Assembly: GCA_963766735.1 (NCBI GenBank) | Contig: CAVYBU010000004.1 | Location: 224,001 to 288,000 of the forward strand | Source: an uncultured Chloroflexia bacterium | GTDB taxonomy: Bacteria; Chloroflexota; Limnocylindria; Limnocylindrales; CSP1-4 | DNA: 64,000 bases | Direction: 5' to 3' | In this document: piece by piece, positions 45,088-54,279 of the stretch | Position numbering within the stretch: the first letter of the stretch is position 1 | How the letters are laid out: each line of letters opens with the position of its first letter | The notes under the pieces: model-generated | The model's database searches: none | What the model was told of the DNA's origin: nothing | What the model saw: the letters and a program-made list of their open reading frames with translations, nothing else | Position numbers and translations under genes: made by a program

Positions 45088-46413
45088 TCAGGCGTCGGGC
45101 GGCACCCCAATGCTATCGGCGCCGACATACGGGCGCAGCACCTCCGGCACGGTGACGGTGCCGTCCGGGTTCTGGTACGCCTCGAGGATGGTCGCCACGA
45201 TGCGGGCCAGCGGCAGGCCGGACCCGTTGAGCGTGTGGACGAGCTCGGGCTTGGCGCCCGGCGCGGGGCGATACCGGATTGACATGCGACGGGCCTGGTA
45301 GTCGCCGAAGTTGGAGCAGGAGCTGACCTCCAGCCAGCGCTCCACGCCCGGGGCCCAGACCTCGATGTCGTACTTCCTGCGCTGGACGAAGCCCATCTCG
45401 CCGGTGCTCATGAGGAGCACGCGGTACGGGAGGCCCAGGCGCTGGAGCAGGATCTCGGCGCGGGCCGTCATCCACTCGAGCGCCTCGGCGCTGTCCTCCG
45501 GCTTCTCGAACAGGACCATCTCGACCTTGTCGAACTGGTGGACGCGGAGGATCCCGCGGGTGTCCTTGCCGGCGGCGCCGGCCTCGCGGCGGAAGCACGG
45601 GGAGTAGGCCGCATACCGGATCGGCAGCTCGGCTGCGTCGAGGATCTCGTCGCGGTGGAGGTTGGTGACCGGGACCTCGGCCGTGGGGACCAGGTAGAGG
45701 TCGTCTCGGGTGACGACGTACATCTGGTCTTCCTTGTCGGGGATCTGCCCCGTGCCGACGGCGGAGGCCGTGTTGACCACGGCAGGCGGCCAGACCTCGG
45801 TGAAGCCGTGCTCGCTCGTGTGGACGTCCAGGCACCAGTTGATCAGCGAGCGCTGCAGGCGCGATCCCTGGCCCTTGTAGACCGGGAACCCGGAGCCCGC
45901 GATCTTCGCGCCGCGCGCGTTGTCGATGATGTCGAGCGCCTCGCCGATCTCCCAGTGCGGGCGACGGGCCCATGTCCCGCCGTCGGCCGCCGTCTCCTCG
46001 CGGGAGCCAGGCTCGCCCCAGGTGCGGACCGTGACGTTGGCCTCCTCGCCCCCGACCGGGACATCCGGGTCCGCGGGGTTGGGGATGCGGAGCAGCAGGT
46101 CGCCGAGCTCGGCCTCCGTGGCAGCCAGCTCCGCGTCGATCTCCTCGATCCGAAGGCCGGCCCGGGTGGACTCGGCGCGCAGCGCAGCGACCTCGGGCCC
46201 GTCTGCCTTGGCGCCGCCCCGGATGGCCTCGCCAACCTGCTTGCTCGCCGCGTTCCGCTCCGCCTTCAGGTGGTCCGATTCGGACTGCAGGTGCCGGCGC
46301 CGGGCATCCGCATCCAGGGCGCGGTCCACCAGGGCGGGATCCTCGCGCTTGTCGATTGCGCCCTGCCGGATCCGGTCCGGCTCCTCGCGGAGGCGCTGCA
46401 CCCCGACGCTCAT
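45088..46413 (-). CDS. serS: Seryl-tRNA synthetase
   Basis: PTAEVP, FRREAG, RVHQFDKVE, EVSSCS, HTLNGSGL. Confidence 0.96.
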   Translation of the reverse strand: MSVGVQRLREEPDRIRQGAIDKREDPALVDRALDADARRRHLQSESDHLKAERNAASKQVGEAIRGGAKADGPEVAALRAESTRAGLRIEEIDAELAATEAELGDLLLRIPNPADPDVPVGGEEANVTVRTWGEPGSREETAADGGTWARRPHWEIGEALDIIDNARGAKIAGSGFPVYKGQGSRLQRSLINWCLDVHTSEHGFTEVWPPAVVNTASAVGTGQIPDKEDQMYVVTRDDLYLVPTAEVPVTNLHRDEILDAAELPIRYAAYSPCFRREAGAAGKDTRGILRVHQFDKVEMVLFEKPEDSAEALEWMTARAEILLQRLGLPYRVLLMSTGEMGFVQRRKYDIEVWAPGVERWLEVSSCSNFGDYQARRMSIRYRPAPGAKPELVHTLNGSGLPLARIVATILEAYQNPDGTVTVPEVLRPYVGADSIGVPPDA

Positions 46414-48032
46414 GCCAGTGTCTCCCCTGTGGCGCCGGCCCCGCCCGCCCCACCGGCCTCTCGCAGCCGGCCGATCACGAACTCGAGATCGAGGCTCGCG
46501 AGGAGCCAGCCCGCACGCGGGCCGTTGGGGCGCCCGAGGAAGGCGAGGTAGATGGCGTTGAAGGCGGCCTTTGCATCCAGCCCAAGCCCTCCGGCCACCG
46601 CGAACACGGCGCCCTGCCATGCCTCACCCGAGGCCGGCGCCTCCGCGTCGGCGGTCCTCGCGAGGGCTGCCAGGAAGCCGCGCTGCTCCGGGCCGAGCCG
46701 GTCTGCCTCCGGGGGAACGGCGTCGCGCCGGACCTCGATCCGGGCGCGGTCCGGGGCATACGCCTCGAGCCAGCGACGCACGGCCGCCAGGCGGACGGCG
46801 AGTTCGGCGACCTCGGCCGCGGTCAGCGGGGCGCCCTTCTCCGCGACGACCCGGGCCTCCACGTCCACGCCCGGGACCTGGACCAGGAGCGCGAGGTGGC
46901 CGAACGACGGGCGGAAGGCAGCGGCCGCTGCCGCGAGGTCCGCCGCCGGGTCGAGGAGCGAGTAGCGGAAGATCGACTCGTGGCCGGACGGGAGCTCGCC
47001 CTTGACCTCGCGGCCGGCGGTGGCGGCGCCCAGGCGGTCGAACTCGTCGAACAGGCGCGGGATGGCGTCGGTGCCCTCCGGGTCGAAGTCGAGCGCGGTC
47101 TCCGGACGCTGGCGGACGAACAGGAACCGCACCTGTTCGGGCGGCACGACGCTGCCGATGGTGTGAGCCGCGGCCCCGCGCCCCTTGGACGTGGACATCT
47201 TCTTGCCGCCGATGTTGAGGAACTCGTAGGGGAAGTTGAGCGGGGGCTCCACGTCGAAGACTTCGCGGCTGATCGCGTTGCTCCGGTCGCGGGAGCCGCC
47301 GGCGGTGGCCAGGTCCTTGCCGTTGGGCTCGATCGTGACGCCGAACAGGCTCCACTGGGCGGCCCACTCCAGGTTCCAGGGCAGCTTGGCAGCCCCGCCG
47401 AAGGGCGCGATCCGGCCCGTCCAGCCGCAGCCGGTCGCCCACGTGACGAGATCCGGGCGGCAGGCGACGGAGACCGTCTCGCCGTCCCAGTCGGACGCGA
47501 TGGTGGTGCCGATCTTGCCGCAGCTGGGGCAGACGACCCCGAGCGGCAGCCAGTGGTCGGGATGCTGCACGTTCGCCACGCGCCGGTAGACGTCCCGGAC
47601 GACGTGGGCGCGCTCAAGCGCGGTGCGGATGAAGGGATCCATCTGCCCCGTGGGGTAGATGTCGCTCATCCAGTAGTAGCGGTCCGGGTGGATGCCGAGG
47701 CCGGCGAAGGTGTCGATGAAGATCCCCGCGAAGTGGCGGGCGTACGAGGCGTGGCAGTCGCCGGCGGGATCCGGGACGTGCGCCAGCGGGCGGCCCATCT
47801 CCCGCTCGATCGCGTCCGGGGAGAGCAGCGCCTGGGCGTCCATCGGGTCCATGTCGTCCACGCCGTAAAGGAGCGTGGCCTCGAGGCCGCGGGACCGGAG
47901 GGCGCGGGTGATGACGTCGAGGATGACCGGGCCGCGCAGGCTGCCGACGTGGACCGTCCCGGATGGCGTCTTCGAGTCGTTGACGACCTGGGGGCCTTCG
48001 ACGCTCGCGGCCAGCTCATCCGCCCAGTCCAC
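46410..48032 (-). CDS. lysS: Lysyl-tRNA synthetase, class I
   Basis: TPSGTVHVG (HIGH-like), KMSTSKG (KMSKS-like), KLPW, GPRAG, Cys motifs. Confidence 0.92.
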   Translation of the reverse strand: MDWADELAASVEGPQVVNDSKTPSGTVHVGSLRGPVILDVITRALRSRGLEATLLYGVDDMDPMDAQALLSPDAIEREMGRPLAHVPDPAGDCHASYARHFAGIFIDTFAGLGIHPDRYYWMSDIYPTGQMDPFIRTALERAHVVRDVYRRVANVQHPDHWLPLGVVCPSCGKIGTTIASDWDGETVSVACRPDLVTWATGCGWTGRIAPFGGAAKLPWNLEWAAQWSLFGVTIEPNGKDLATAGGSRDRSNAISREVFDVEPPLNFPYEFLNIGGKKMSTSKGRGAAAHTIGSVVPPEQVRFLFVRQRPETALDFDPEGTDAIPRLFDEFDRLGAATAGREVKGELPSGHESIFRYSLLDPAADLAAAAAAFRPSFGHLALLVQVPGVDVEARVVAEKGAPLTAAEVAELAVRLAAVRRWLEAYAPDRARIEVRRDAVPPEADRLGPEQRGFLAALARTADAEAPASGEAWQGAVFAVAGGLGLDAKAAFNAIYLAFLGRPNGPRAGWLLASLDLEFVIGRLREAGGAGGAGATGETLA

Positions 48033-48111
48033 GGTCGATGCCCCTTCTCGCTGGGGCCGCCGGGCCGGCCGAGGCGACGGGTTCGCGGCTCGGGGCCGTT
48101 GGCGGCTGGTG

Positions 48112-48576
48112 CTAGCTGATCTCGAGGATCTTGTAGGCGAAGTCGCCGGCGGGGACCTTGACGACGACCTTCTCGCCCTTCTTGCGGCCGAGAAGCGCGC
48201 GGCCGACCGGCGACTCGTTGGAGATGCGGCCGTCAGCGGGCCTGGCCTCGGCGGAGCCGACGATCGTGAACGATTGGCGGCCATCCTCGCCGTCGACCTT
48301 GACGGTGGAGCCGATCTGCACGTGATCCGTGCTGGTGTGCTCGTCGATGAGCTGGGCATTCTTGATCATCGACTCGAGCGTCTGGATCCGGCCCTCGACG
48401 AACGCCTGCTCGTTCTTGGCGTCCTCGTACTCGGCGTTCTCGCTGAGATCGCCGTGCTCCTTGGCGTCGTGGATCCGCTGCGCGATCTCGGGCCGCCGGA
48501 CGCTCACCATCTCCTCGAGCTCCGCACGGAGCTTCTCGAGGCCGTCCTTGGTGATGTAGGTGGTGTTGTTGTTCAC
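48112..48576 (-). CDS. greA: Transcription elongation factor GreA
   Basis: HGDLSENAEY, ISNESPVGRALLG. Confidence 0.95.
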   Translation of the reverse strand: MNNNTTYITKDGLEKLRAELEEMVSVRRPEIAQRIHDAKEHGDLSENAEYEDAKNEQAFVEGRIQTLESMIKNAQLIDEHTSTDHVQIGSTVKVDGEDGRQSFTIVGSAEARPADGRISNESPVGRALLGRKKGEKVVVKVPAGDFAYKILEIS

Positions 48577-48635
48577 GCGGGCGGGACCCCCGAGATGCGG
48601 ACCGGCACCGAAGCGGCGCCGCTCGGTTGGTTTGG

Positions 48636-48676
48636 AACAAAAGAACCCCGAGGCACGCAGGGCGCCGCGGAGGTTC
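48636..48676 (-). terminator. Intrinsic terminator inside the greA leader
   Basis: GAACCTCCG...CGGGGTTC stem followed by TTTTGTT, between promoter and start codon. Confidence 0.7.
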
Positions 48677-48689
48677 ACGGATCGGCGGA

Positions 48690-48718
48690 ATGGTATCGGC
48701 GGGAGCCCTTTTCGTCAA
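48690..48718 (-). promoter_or_regulatory. Sigma70-type promoter of greA
   Basis: TTGACG, 17-nt spacer, TACCAT. Confidence 0.8.
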
Positions 48719-48996
48719 AACGGGCCGTCACGATCGCCGGGCCAGGGGTCGGGCGGGCGGCGGGATCCGCGACGGCGCGGCAACCTGTCCACTGAAGGAG
48801 CCCTCAACCGCTCGTGGCGACCTCCAGCGAGGCCCCGGACGGAGCCCGGCCCGGCGTCCCGCTTCCCGACGAGCCGCATGCACCACACCCCGGGCCTCGC
48901 CTCTCCTCGTGCAGCGAGGCTGCCCTGCGGTCCGTCACCGGCCCCTCGGCGGCGATTGACGAGCGAGTTGTCCGAGTTGCCGCTCCAGGCGCGTTC

Positions 48997-49461
48997 CTAC
49001 TCCGCCAGCTGCTCCAGCCGGCGCCTCGCCTGCTTCAGCGCCCCGCGATCGCCGAACGCCACGAACACGGTGTCGTCACCCGCGATCGAGCCCACGACCT
49101 CGGGCCATCGCGCCCGGTCGAGGGCGGCCGCCAGCGGGTGGGCCGAGCCCGGCAGCGTCTTGAGGATCAGCATCGTGCCGGAGCTCCGGATCTCGACCGG
49201 CATGTCCCGCAGCAGGACCCGGATCCGATCCTCGCCGCTCGTGTCGGCCTCTCGCAGGAGCGCAGGGATCGCATAGGCCTGGGTCCCGCCGCGTCCCGCC
49301 TTGACCAGGCCCAGCTCCGCCACGTCCCGGCTGATCGTGGCCTGGGTGGTCCGGAACCCCCGCTCGCGTAGGGCCGCGGCCAGCTCCTGCTGGGTGCGGA
49401 TCGTGCGCTGCTCCACCAGGTCCCGGATCGCCCGCTGGCGGAGCTGCTTCATGACCTCCAC
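48997..49461 (-). CDS. argR: Arginine repressor
   Basis: TQQEL, TQATISRD, GSIAGDDT. Confidence 0.94.
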   Translation of the reverse strand: MEVMKQLRQRAIRDLVEQRTIRTQQELAAALRERGFRTTQATISRDVAELGLVKAGRGGTQAYAIPALLREADTSGEDRIRVLLRDMPVEIRSSGTMLILKTLPGSAHPLAAALDRARWPEVVGSIAGDDTVFVAFGDRGALKQARRRLEQLAE

Positions 49462-49479
49462 GGGTGCCCGCCTGTTCCC

Positions 49480-50304
49480 CTACCGGCCCAGGAACACGAC
49501 GAGGATGACGGCCGCCAGCACCAGGCGGTAGGCCACGAAGATGTTGAACGATCGAGTCCGCAGGTACCGGAGCAGGAACGAGATCGCGAGCATGCCGGAT
49601 GCGAACGCGGCCACGACGCCGACGATCAGCGTGACCGGCTCGGCTCCACCCACCTCGCCCCGGAACAGCTTGAGCGACTCGTAGGCAACCGCCATCAGGG
49701 TGATCGGCGTGGCCATGAGGAAGCTGTACCGGGCCGCGTCCGCGCGGTCGAGGCCCGCGAACAGCGCCGCGGACATCGAGATCCCGGAGCGACTCACCCC
49801 GGGGACGAGCGCCAACGCCTGCGCGGCGCCGATGCCGATCGCGCCGCGGAACGTGAGCCCCGCGATGGTGTGGGTTCGCGGTCCCCACTTGTCCGCGAAC
49901 CACAGGATGGCGGCCCCGAAGACCAGCATCAGGGCCACCACGCCGGCCTCGCGCACGTTCGCCTCGATGACGTCGTTCAGGAGGAGGGCGGCGATCGCGG
50001 CGGGCACGGTGGAGGCGACGAGGAGCCACGCCAGGCGGCGGTGCGGGTCGTCGTTGAACGAGCGGTCGCGGAGCACCGCGAAGCCGGCGGGGATCAGCCG
50101 CCGCCAGTCCTCGCGGAAGTAGACGAGCAGGGCCGCCAGGGTGCCCCCGTGGAGGACCACCGAGAAGGCGAGGGACTCGATGAGCGGGTCATCCCACCCG
50201 AACAGCCACGGGCCGAGGATGAGGTGCCCGGACGAGCTGATAGGCAGGAACTCCGTGAGGCCCTGGACGATGCCCATCACGAGGGCCTGGATGATCTGAT
50301 CCAT
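49480..50304 (-). CDS. uppP: Undecaprenyl-diphosphate phosphatase
   Basis: QGLTEFLPISSSGH, PGVSRSG. Confidence 0.95.
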   Translation of the reverse strand: MDQIIQALVMGIVQGLTEFLPISSSGHLILGPWLFGWDDPLIESLAFSVVLHGGTLAALLVYFREDWRRLIPAGFAVLRDRSFNDDPHRRLAWLLVASTVPAAIAALLLNDVIEANVREAGVVALMLVFGAAILWFADKWGPRTHTIAGLTFRGAIGIGAAQALALVPGVSRSGISMSAALFAGLDRADAARYSFLMATPITLMAVAYESLKLFRGEVGGAEPVTLIVGVVAAFASGMLAISFLLRYLRTRSFNIFVAYRLVLAAVILVVFLGR

Positions 50305-50359
50305 GGGACGGCTTCGGGCGGCCGGTCAGCGATGACGGACCGCCCGGAGAAACCTCTCG

Positions 50360-52591
50360 CTAGCGGAGGAACAGCGGGGCGAGAACGAGCGAGATCGTCG
50401 CGAGCAGCTTGACCAGGACGTGGAGCGACGGCCCGGCCGTGTCCTTGAACGGGTCGCCCACGGTGTCGCCCACGACGGCGGCCGCATGGGCGTCGGATCC
50501 CTTGCCGAGGATGTTGCCGTCGTCGTCCTTCAGGTTGCCCGATTCGATGTACTTCTTGGCGTTGTCCCAAGCCCCACCGCCGTTGTTCAGGACGGTCGCG
50601 AGCAGGACACCCGAGATGGTGCCGACCATCAGCATGCCGGCCACGGCCTCGGCACCCAGCAGGACCCCGATCGCGATCGGGGTGATCACCGCGACCATGC
50701 CTGGCGCGATCATCTGCTTGAGGGCGGACTTGGTGGTGATGTCGACGACGCGTGCGTAGTCCGGACGCTGCGTGTAGTCCATGATCCCGGGCATCTCCCG
50801 GAACTGGCGCCGGACCTCGACGATGATCGACTGCGCGGTGTTGCCCACGGCACGGATCGCCAGCGAGCTGAAGAAGTAGACCAGCGTGGCCGCCAGCAGG
50901 GCCGCGATGAACACGTTGACGTTGGCCAGGTTGACCGAGTTGAGGAGCTCGACGCCGGGGACCCCGGCCTCGATCTGGCGGCCCTTGATGACGTTGATCT
51001 TGTCGATGTAGGCGCTGAACAGCAGGAACGCGGCCAGCGAGGCGGAGGCGATCGCGTAGCCCTTGGTCAGGGCCTTGGTGGTGTTGCCCACCGCGTCCAG
51101 GCGGTCCGTGATCTCACGGGCGCCCTTCTCGAGGCGGCTGAATTCGGCGATCCCGCCGGCGTTGTCCGTGATCGGGCCGAACGTGTCCATGGCCAGGATG
51201 TAGGCCGTGGTCATGAGCATGCCCATGGTCGCGACCGCGGTCCCGAAGATGCCCCCGACATTGCGGCCGTCGACCGAGACGAGGTTCGCCTGCTCGCCCA
51301 GCCAATGGCTCACGAACAGGGCGATCCCGATGGTGATGGCGGTCACGGCGGTCGTCTCGAAGCCGACAGCGGTGCCGGCGATGATGTTGGTGGCCGGACC
51401 GGTCTTGGATGCCTCGGCGATCTCGCGGACCGGGCGGAAGGTGCCGGCCGTGTAGAACTGGGTGATGTAGACGAACGCGATGCTGGTCGCGAGACCGACG
51501 ATGCCGGCTGCGAAGAAGTAGACCCAGGTCGGGAAGCCACCGGCGCCGGTGGTGCCGTTCGTGTCCATCATCACGTAGGTCGTGATCCCGAGCCCGACCA
51601 CGGACAGCAGGGTCGTGACCCAGTAGCCGCGGTTGAGCATGTTCATCGGGTTCTCATCTTCCTTGCCGCGCACGAAGAAGATGGCCACGACGGTCGCGAG
51701 CAGCCCGAATGCCCGGACGACGAGAGGGAAGAAGATCCAGGCCTCCGGGTTCGGCCAGCCGGCGGCGACGGCGATGGCGTACACGCCGACGCCCAGGATC
51801 ATCGCGCCGATATTCTCGGCCGCCGTGGACTCGAACAGGTCCGCGCCGCGGCCTGCGCAGTCGCCGACGTTGTCGCCGACGAGGTCGGCGATGACCCCGG
51901 CGTTGCGGGGGTCGTCTTCCGGGATGCCCTTCTCCACCTTGCCGACGAGGTCCGAGCCGACGTCCGCGGCCTTGGTGTAGATGCCGCCACCGAGCTGGGC
52001 GAAGAGAGCCACGAAGGAGGCACCGAAGCCAAAGCCGACGATCAGGAAGGGCGCCTCGGCGACGGTGACCTCGCCGACGAACGTGGAGTAGATGACGAAG
52101 ATGCCCCACACGCCGAGCAGCGAGAGGGCAACGACCAGGAAGCCCGAGACGGCACCGCCGCGCATGGCCACCTGGACGGCCTCGACCAGGCTGCGCCTGG
52201 CCGCCGATGCCGTTCGGACGTTCGCCTTGACGCTGATGAACATGCCGATGATCCCGGAGGCCATCGAACAGGCCGCACCGACGGCGAAGGCGAGGGCGGT
52301 CATGATCCCGATCGGGGCTCCGGCCAACGACGGTACGTCGGCGACCTCCTCGGTCTCGATGAGGGTGATCAGGATCCCGATCAGGACCGCTCCGACGACG
52401 GCGAGAACCCCGATGGTCGTGTACTGGCGCCGGATGAACGCCACGGCGCCTTCGTAGATCGTGTCGGCCACGTCCACCATGGCCGGCGTCCCCGTATCGC
52501 GCGCCAGCACGTCGCGCGCCAGGTAGAGCGCGAACAACACGGCGCCGATGCCCGCGATCGGGATGATCCAGTAGAGCGGTGATTCGCCCAT
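50360..52591 (-). CDS. hppA: Membrane-bound pyrophosphatase, K+-independent H+-PPase type
   Basis: GGGIYTKAADVGSDLVGKVE, DLVGDNVGD, GDTVGDPFKD; GNTTK carries Lys at the K+-dependence position. Confidence 0.93.
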   Translation of the reverse strand: MGESPLYWIIPIAGIGAVLFALYLARDVLARDTGTPAMVDVADTIYEGAVAFIRRQYTTIGVLAVVGAVLIGILITLIETEEVADVPSLAGAPIGIMTALAFAVGAACSMASGIIGMFISVKANVRTASAARRSLVEAVQVAMRGGAVSGFLVVALSLLGVWGIFVIYSTFVGEVTVAEAPFLIVGFGFGASFVALFAQLGGGIYTKAADVGSDLVGKVEKGIPEDDPRNAGVIADLVGDNVGDCAGRGADLFESTAAENIGAMILGVGVYAIAVAAGWPNPEAWIFFPLVVRAFGLLATVVAIFFVRGKEDENPMNMLNRGYWVTTLLSVVGLGITTYVMMDTNGTTGAGGFPTWVYFFAAGIVGLATSIAFVYITQFYTAGTFRPVREIAEASKTGPATNIIAGTAVGFETTAVTAITIGIALFVSHWLGEQANLVSVDGRNVGGIFGTAVATMGMLMTTAYILAMDTFGPITDNAGGIAEFSRLEKGAREITDRLDAVGNTTKALTKGYAIASASLAAFLLFSAYIDKINVIKGRQIEAGVPGVELLNSVNLANVNVFIAALLAATLVYFFSSLAIRAVGNTAQSIIVEVRRQFREMPGIMDYTQRPDYARVVDITTKSALKQMIAPGMVAVITPIAIGVLLGAEAVAGMLMVGTISGVLLATVLNNGGGAWDNAKKYIESGNLKDDDGNILGKGSDAHAAAVVGDTVGDPFKDTAGPSLHVLVKLLATISLVLAPLFLR

Positions 52592-52758
52592 CGGTGTCTG
52601 CAGAGCCTCCTACCCAGGGTTCGGAACGCCGGTTGATGGTCTCGGGTGCCGCGCGGCACGGCCGACCACCGGGCTGCCGGCGGGGCGAACGTGCTTCGGC
52701 GTGGGCATGGCTGACGGGGGTTCGAAACGCAGGAGAACCCGCCCGTCGGCCGGACGAG

Positions 52759-52788
52759 AGTGTATGCGTGGCCGCACGGGCGGGTCAA
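52759..52788 (-). promoter_or_regulatory. Sigma70-type promoter of hppA
   Basis: TTGACC, 18-nt spacer, TACACT. Confidence 0.6.
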
Positions 52789-52935
52789 ACCACATCCGGT
52801 GCCCGCAGGAAGCCATGCAGCCGTCCGCACAGTCTATGCACCAGGTCCGGGCGGCCACCCGTTCCGGGCGGGTTGCCGATGGCGCCAACGGTCCTTCGCG
52901 GCGCCGATCGGCCGCCGGTCCCTATACTCCGCCGC

Positions 52936-53532
52936 GTGGACCGACGCTCGTCATTCGGGTGTCTCGTTGAAATCGTCGAGACGCTCGTCCTCACCCTCGT
53001 CATCTTCTTCGTCATCCAGAACTTCATTGCCCAGCCCTACCAGGTCCAGCAGAACTCGATGGAGCGGACCCTGGAGCCCGGGCAGTACGTGCTGGTGGAC
53101 AAGCTGACCCCGCGCTGGGACACGTACGGCCGCGGGGACATCGTGGTGTTCAACCCGCCCCCGACCTGGACGCCCGACCCGACGCCGTTCATCAAGCGCG
53201 TCATCGGACTGCCCGGCGACACCGTGGAGATCCGGGACGACGGCATGGTCTACGTCAATGGCGTCAACCTCGACGAGACGTACCTGTACAAGAACGACGC
53301 CGGGATCCAGGAGCCGACCACGGCGTCCATGGACCAGGGCACCTGGGTGATCCCCGCGAACCAGCTGTTCGTCATGGGTGACCACCGCCAGAAGTCGGCC
53401 GACTCGCGCGTCTTCGGCGCGATCAGCACCTCGGACGTCGTCGGGCGGGCGTTCCTCCGCTACTGGCCTATCTCGACGCTCGGGATCCTGGATACCCCGT
53501 CCTACCCGAACGCCGAACCAGCCTCGCCCTGA
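52936..53532 (+). CDS. lepB: Signal peptidase I
   Basis: SMERTL, IKRVIGLPGD, MGDHRQKSADSR; GTG 7 nt after TATACT. Confidence 0.93.
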   Translation: MDRRSSFGCLVEIVETLVLTLVIFFVIQNFIAQPYQVQQNSMERTLEPGQYVLVDKLTPRWDTYGRGDIVVFNPPPTWTPDPTPFIKRVIGLPGDTVEIRDDGMVYVNGVNLDETYLYKNDAGIQEPTTASMDQGTWVIPANQLFVMGDHRQKSADSRVFGAISTSDVVGRAFLRYWPISTLGILDTPSYPNAEPASP

Positions 53533-53548
53533 CGGGGCGGGCCCAGTC

Positions 53549-54274
53549 ATGACGCCTGTCCTCGTCCTGCTCGCCGGCGTCGTCGCGGCCGGCGGCGCGG
53601 TCGCCGTCGCCGCACGGGAACCACGACTCGCGGCGCTGGGTACCCTCGTGGCGCTCGTCGGCTCGGTGTACGTCGCGGATCCGCTGCCGGGGTCGCTCGC
53701 CCTCGGGGCCCAGCTCGTCGGGGCCGTGCTCGCGGGATATCTCGTATGGGTCGCCCTGCGGCGGGCGCCGGGTGTGCTCTCGGTACCCGGGATCCGGTTG
53801 CCGGGGGCCGCCGCCACCGCGATCGTCGCCTTCGCTACGGGCTGGCTCGCCGCCTCCGGGCTGGGGACGGCCATCGCAGTGGCCTCCGGTGACGGTCCGT
53901 CCACCGGGGCGGCCGCGCTGGCGCTCGCGGACGGGTCGCTCGTGCCGCGGGCCGCTCTCGGGGCGGCGTTCGCGCTGGCCGTCCTCGCCGCCGGCCCGGT
54001 GTTCCTGGCCCGGGACGTGCTGCGGATGGGGCTGGGACTGCTGCTGCTGATCGCCGCGGCCGGGCTGGCCCGCAACGCGCTGGGGACGGGCGCCGACGCC
54101 CCCGTGGAACTGGCACTTGGGGTCCTGGTGGCTCTCGCGGGCGCAGGCGTCGCGTCCGTCGTCACGGCAAGCATCCGCACAGCCGGGGATCTCGACCTGC
54201 GGAGCGGGGTCGATCGCGAGACCGCCGTCCGTCATCGTCCCGCCGACGAAGCCCACCGGCTCCCGGCCGACTGA
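53549..54274 (+). CDS. Multi-pass membrane protein, weakly HyfE/NuoJK-like
   Basis: About seven hydrophobic Ala/Leu/Gly-rich segments, 5 nt upstream of an antiporter-like subunit gene. Confidence 0.6.
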   Translation: MTPVLVLLAGVVAAGGAVAVAAREPRLAALGTLVALVGSVYVADPLPGSLALGAQLVGAVLAGYLVWVALRRAPGVLSVPGIRLPGAAATAIVAFATGWLAASGLGTAIAVASGDGPSTGAAALALADGSLVPRAALGAAFALAVLAAGPVFLARDVLRMGLGLLLLIAAAGLARNALGTGADAPVELALGVLVALAGAGVASVVTASIRTAGDLDLRSGVDRETAVRHRPADEAHRLPAD

Positions 54275-54279
54275 CGCCG

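Noticed and set aside
48804-48938. 44-aa minus-strand ORF with a CGAC motif
   Set aside because: Poor codon bias and low complexity; the nucleotide-level inverted repeats explain the region better.
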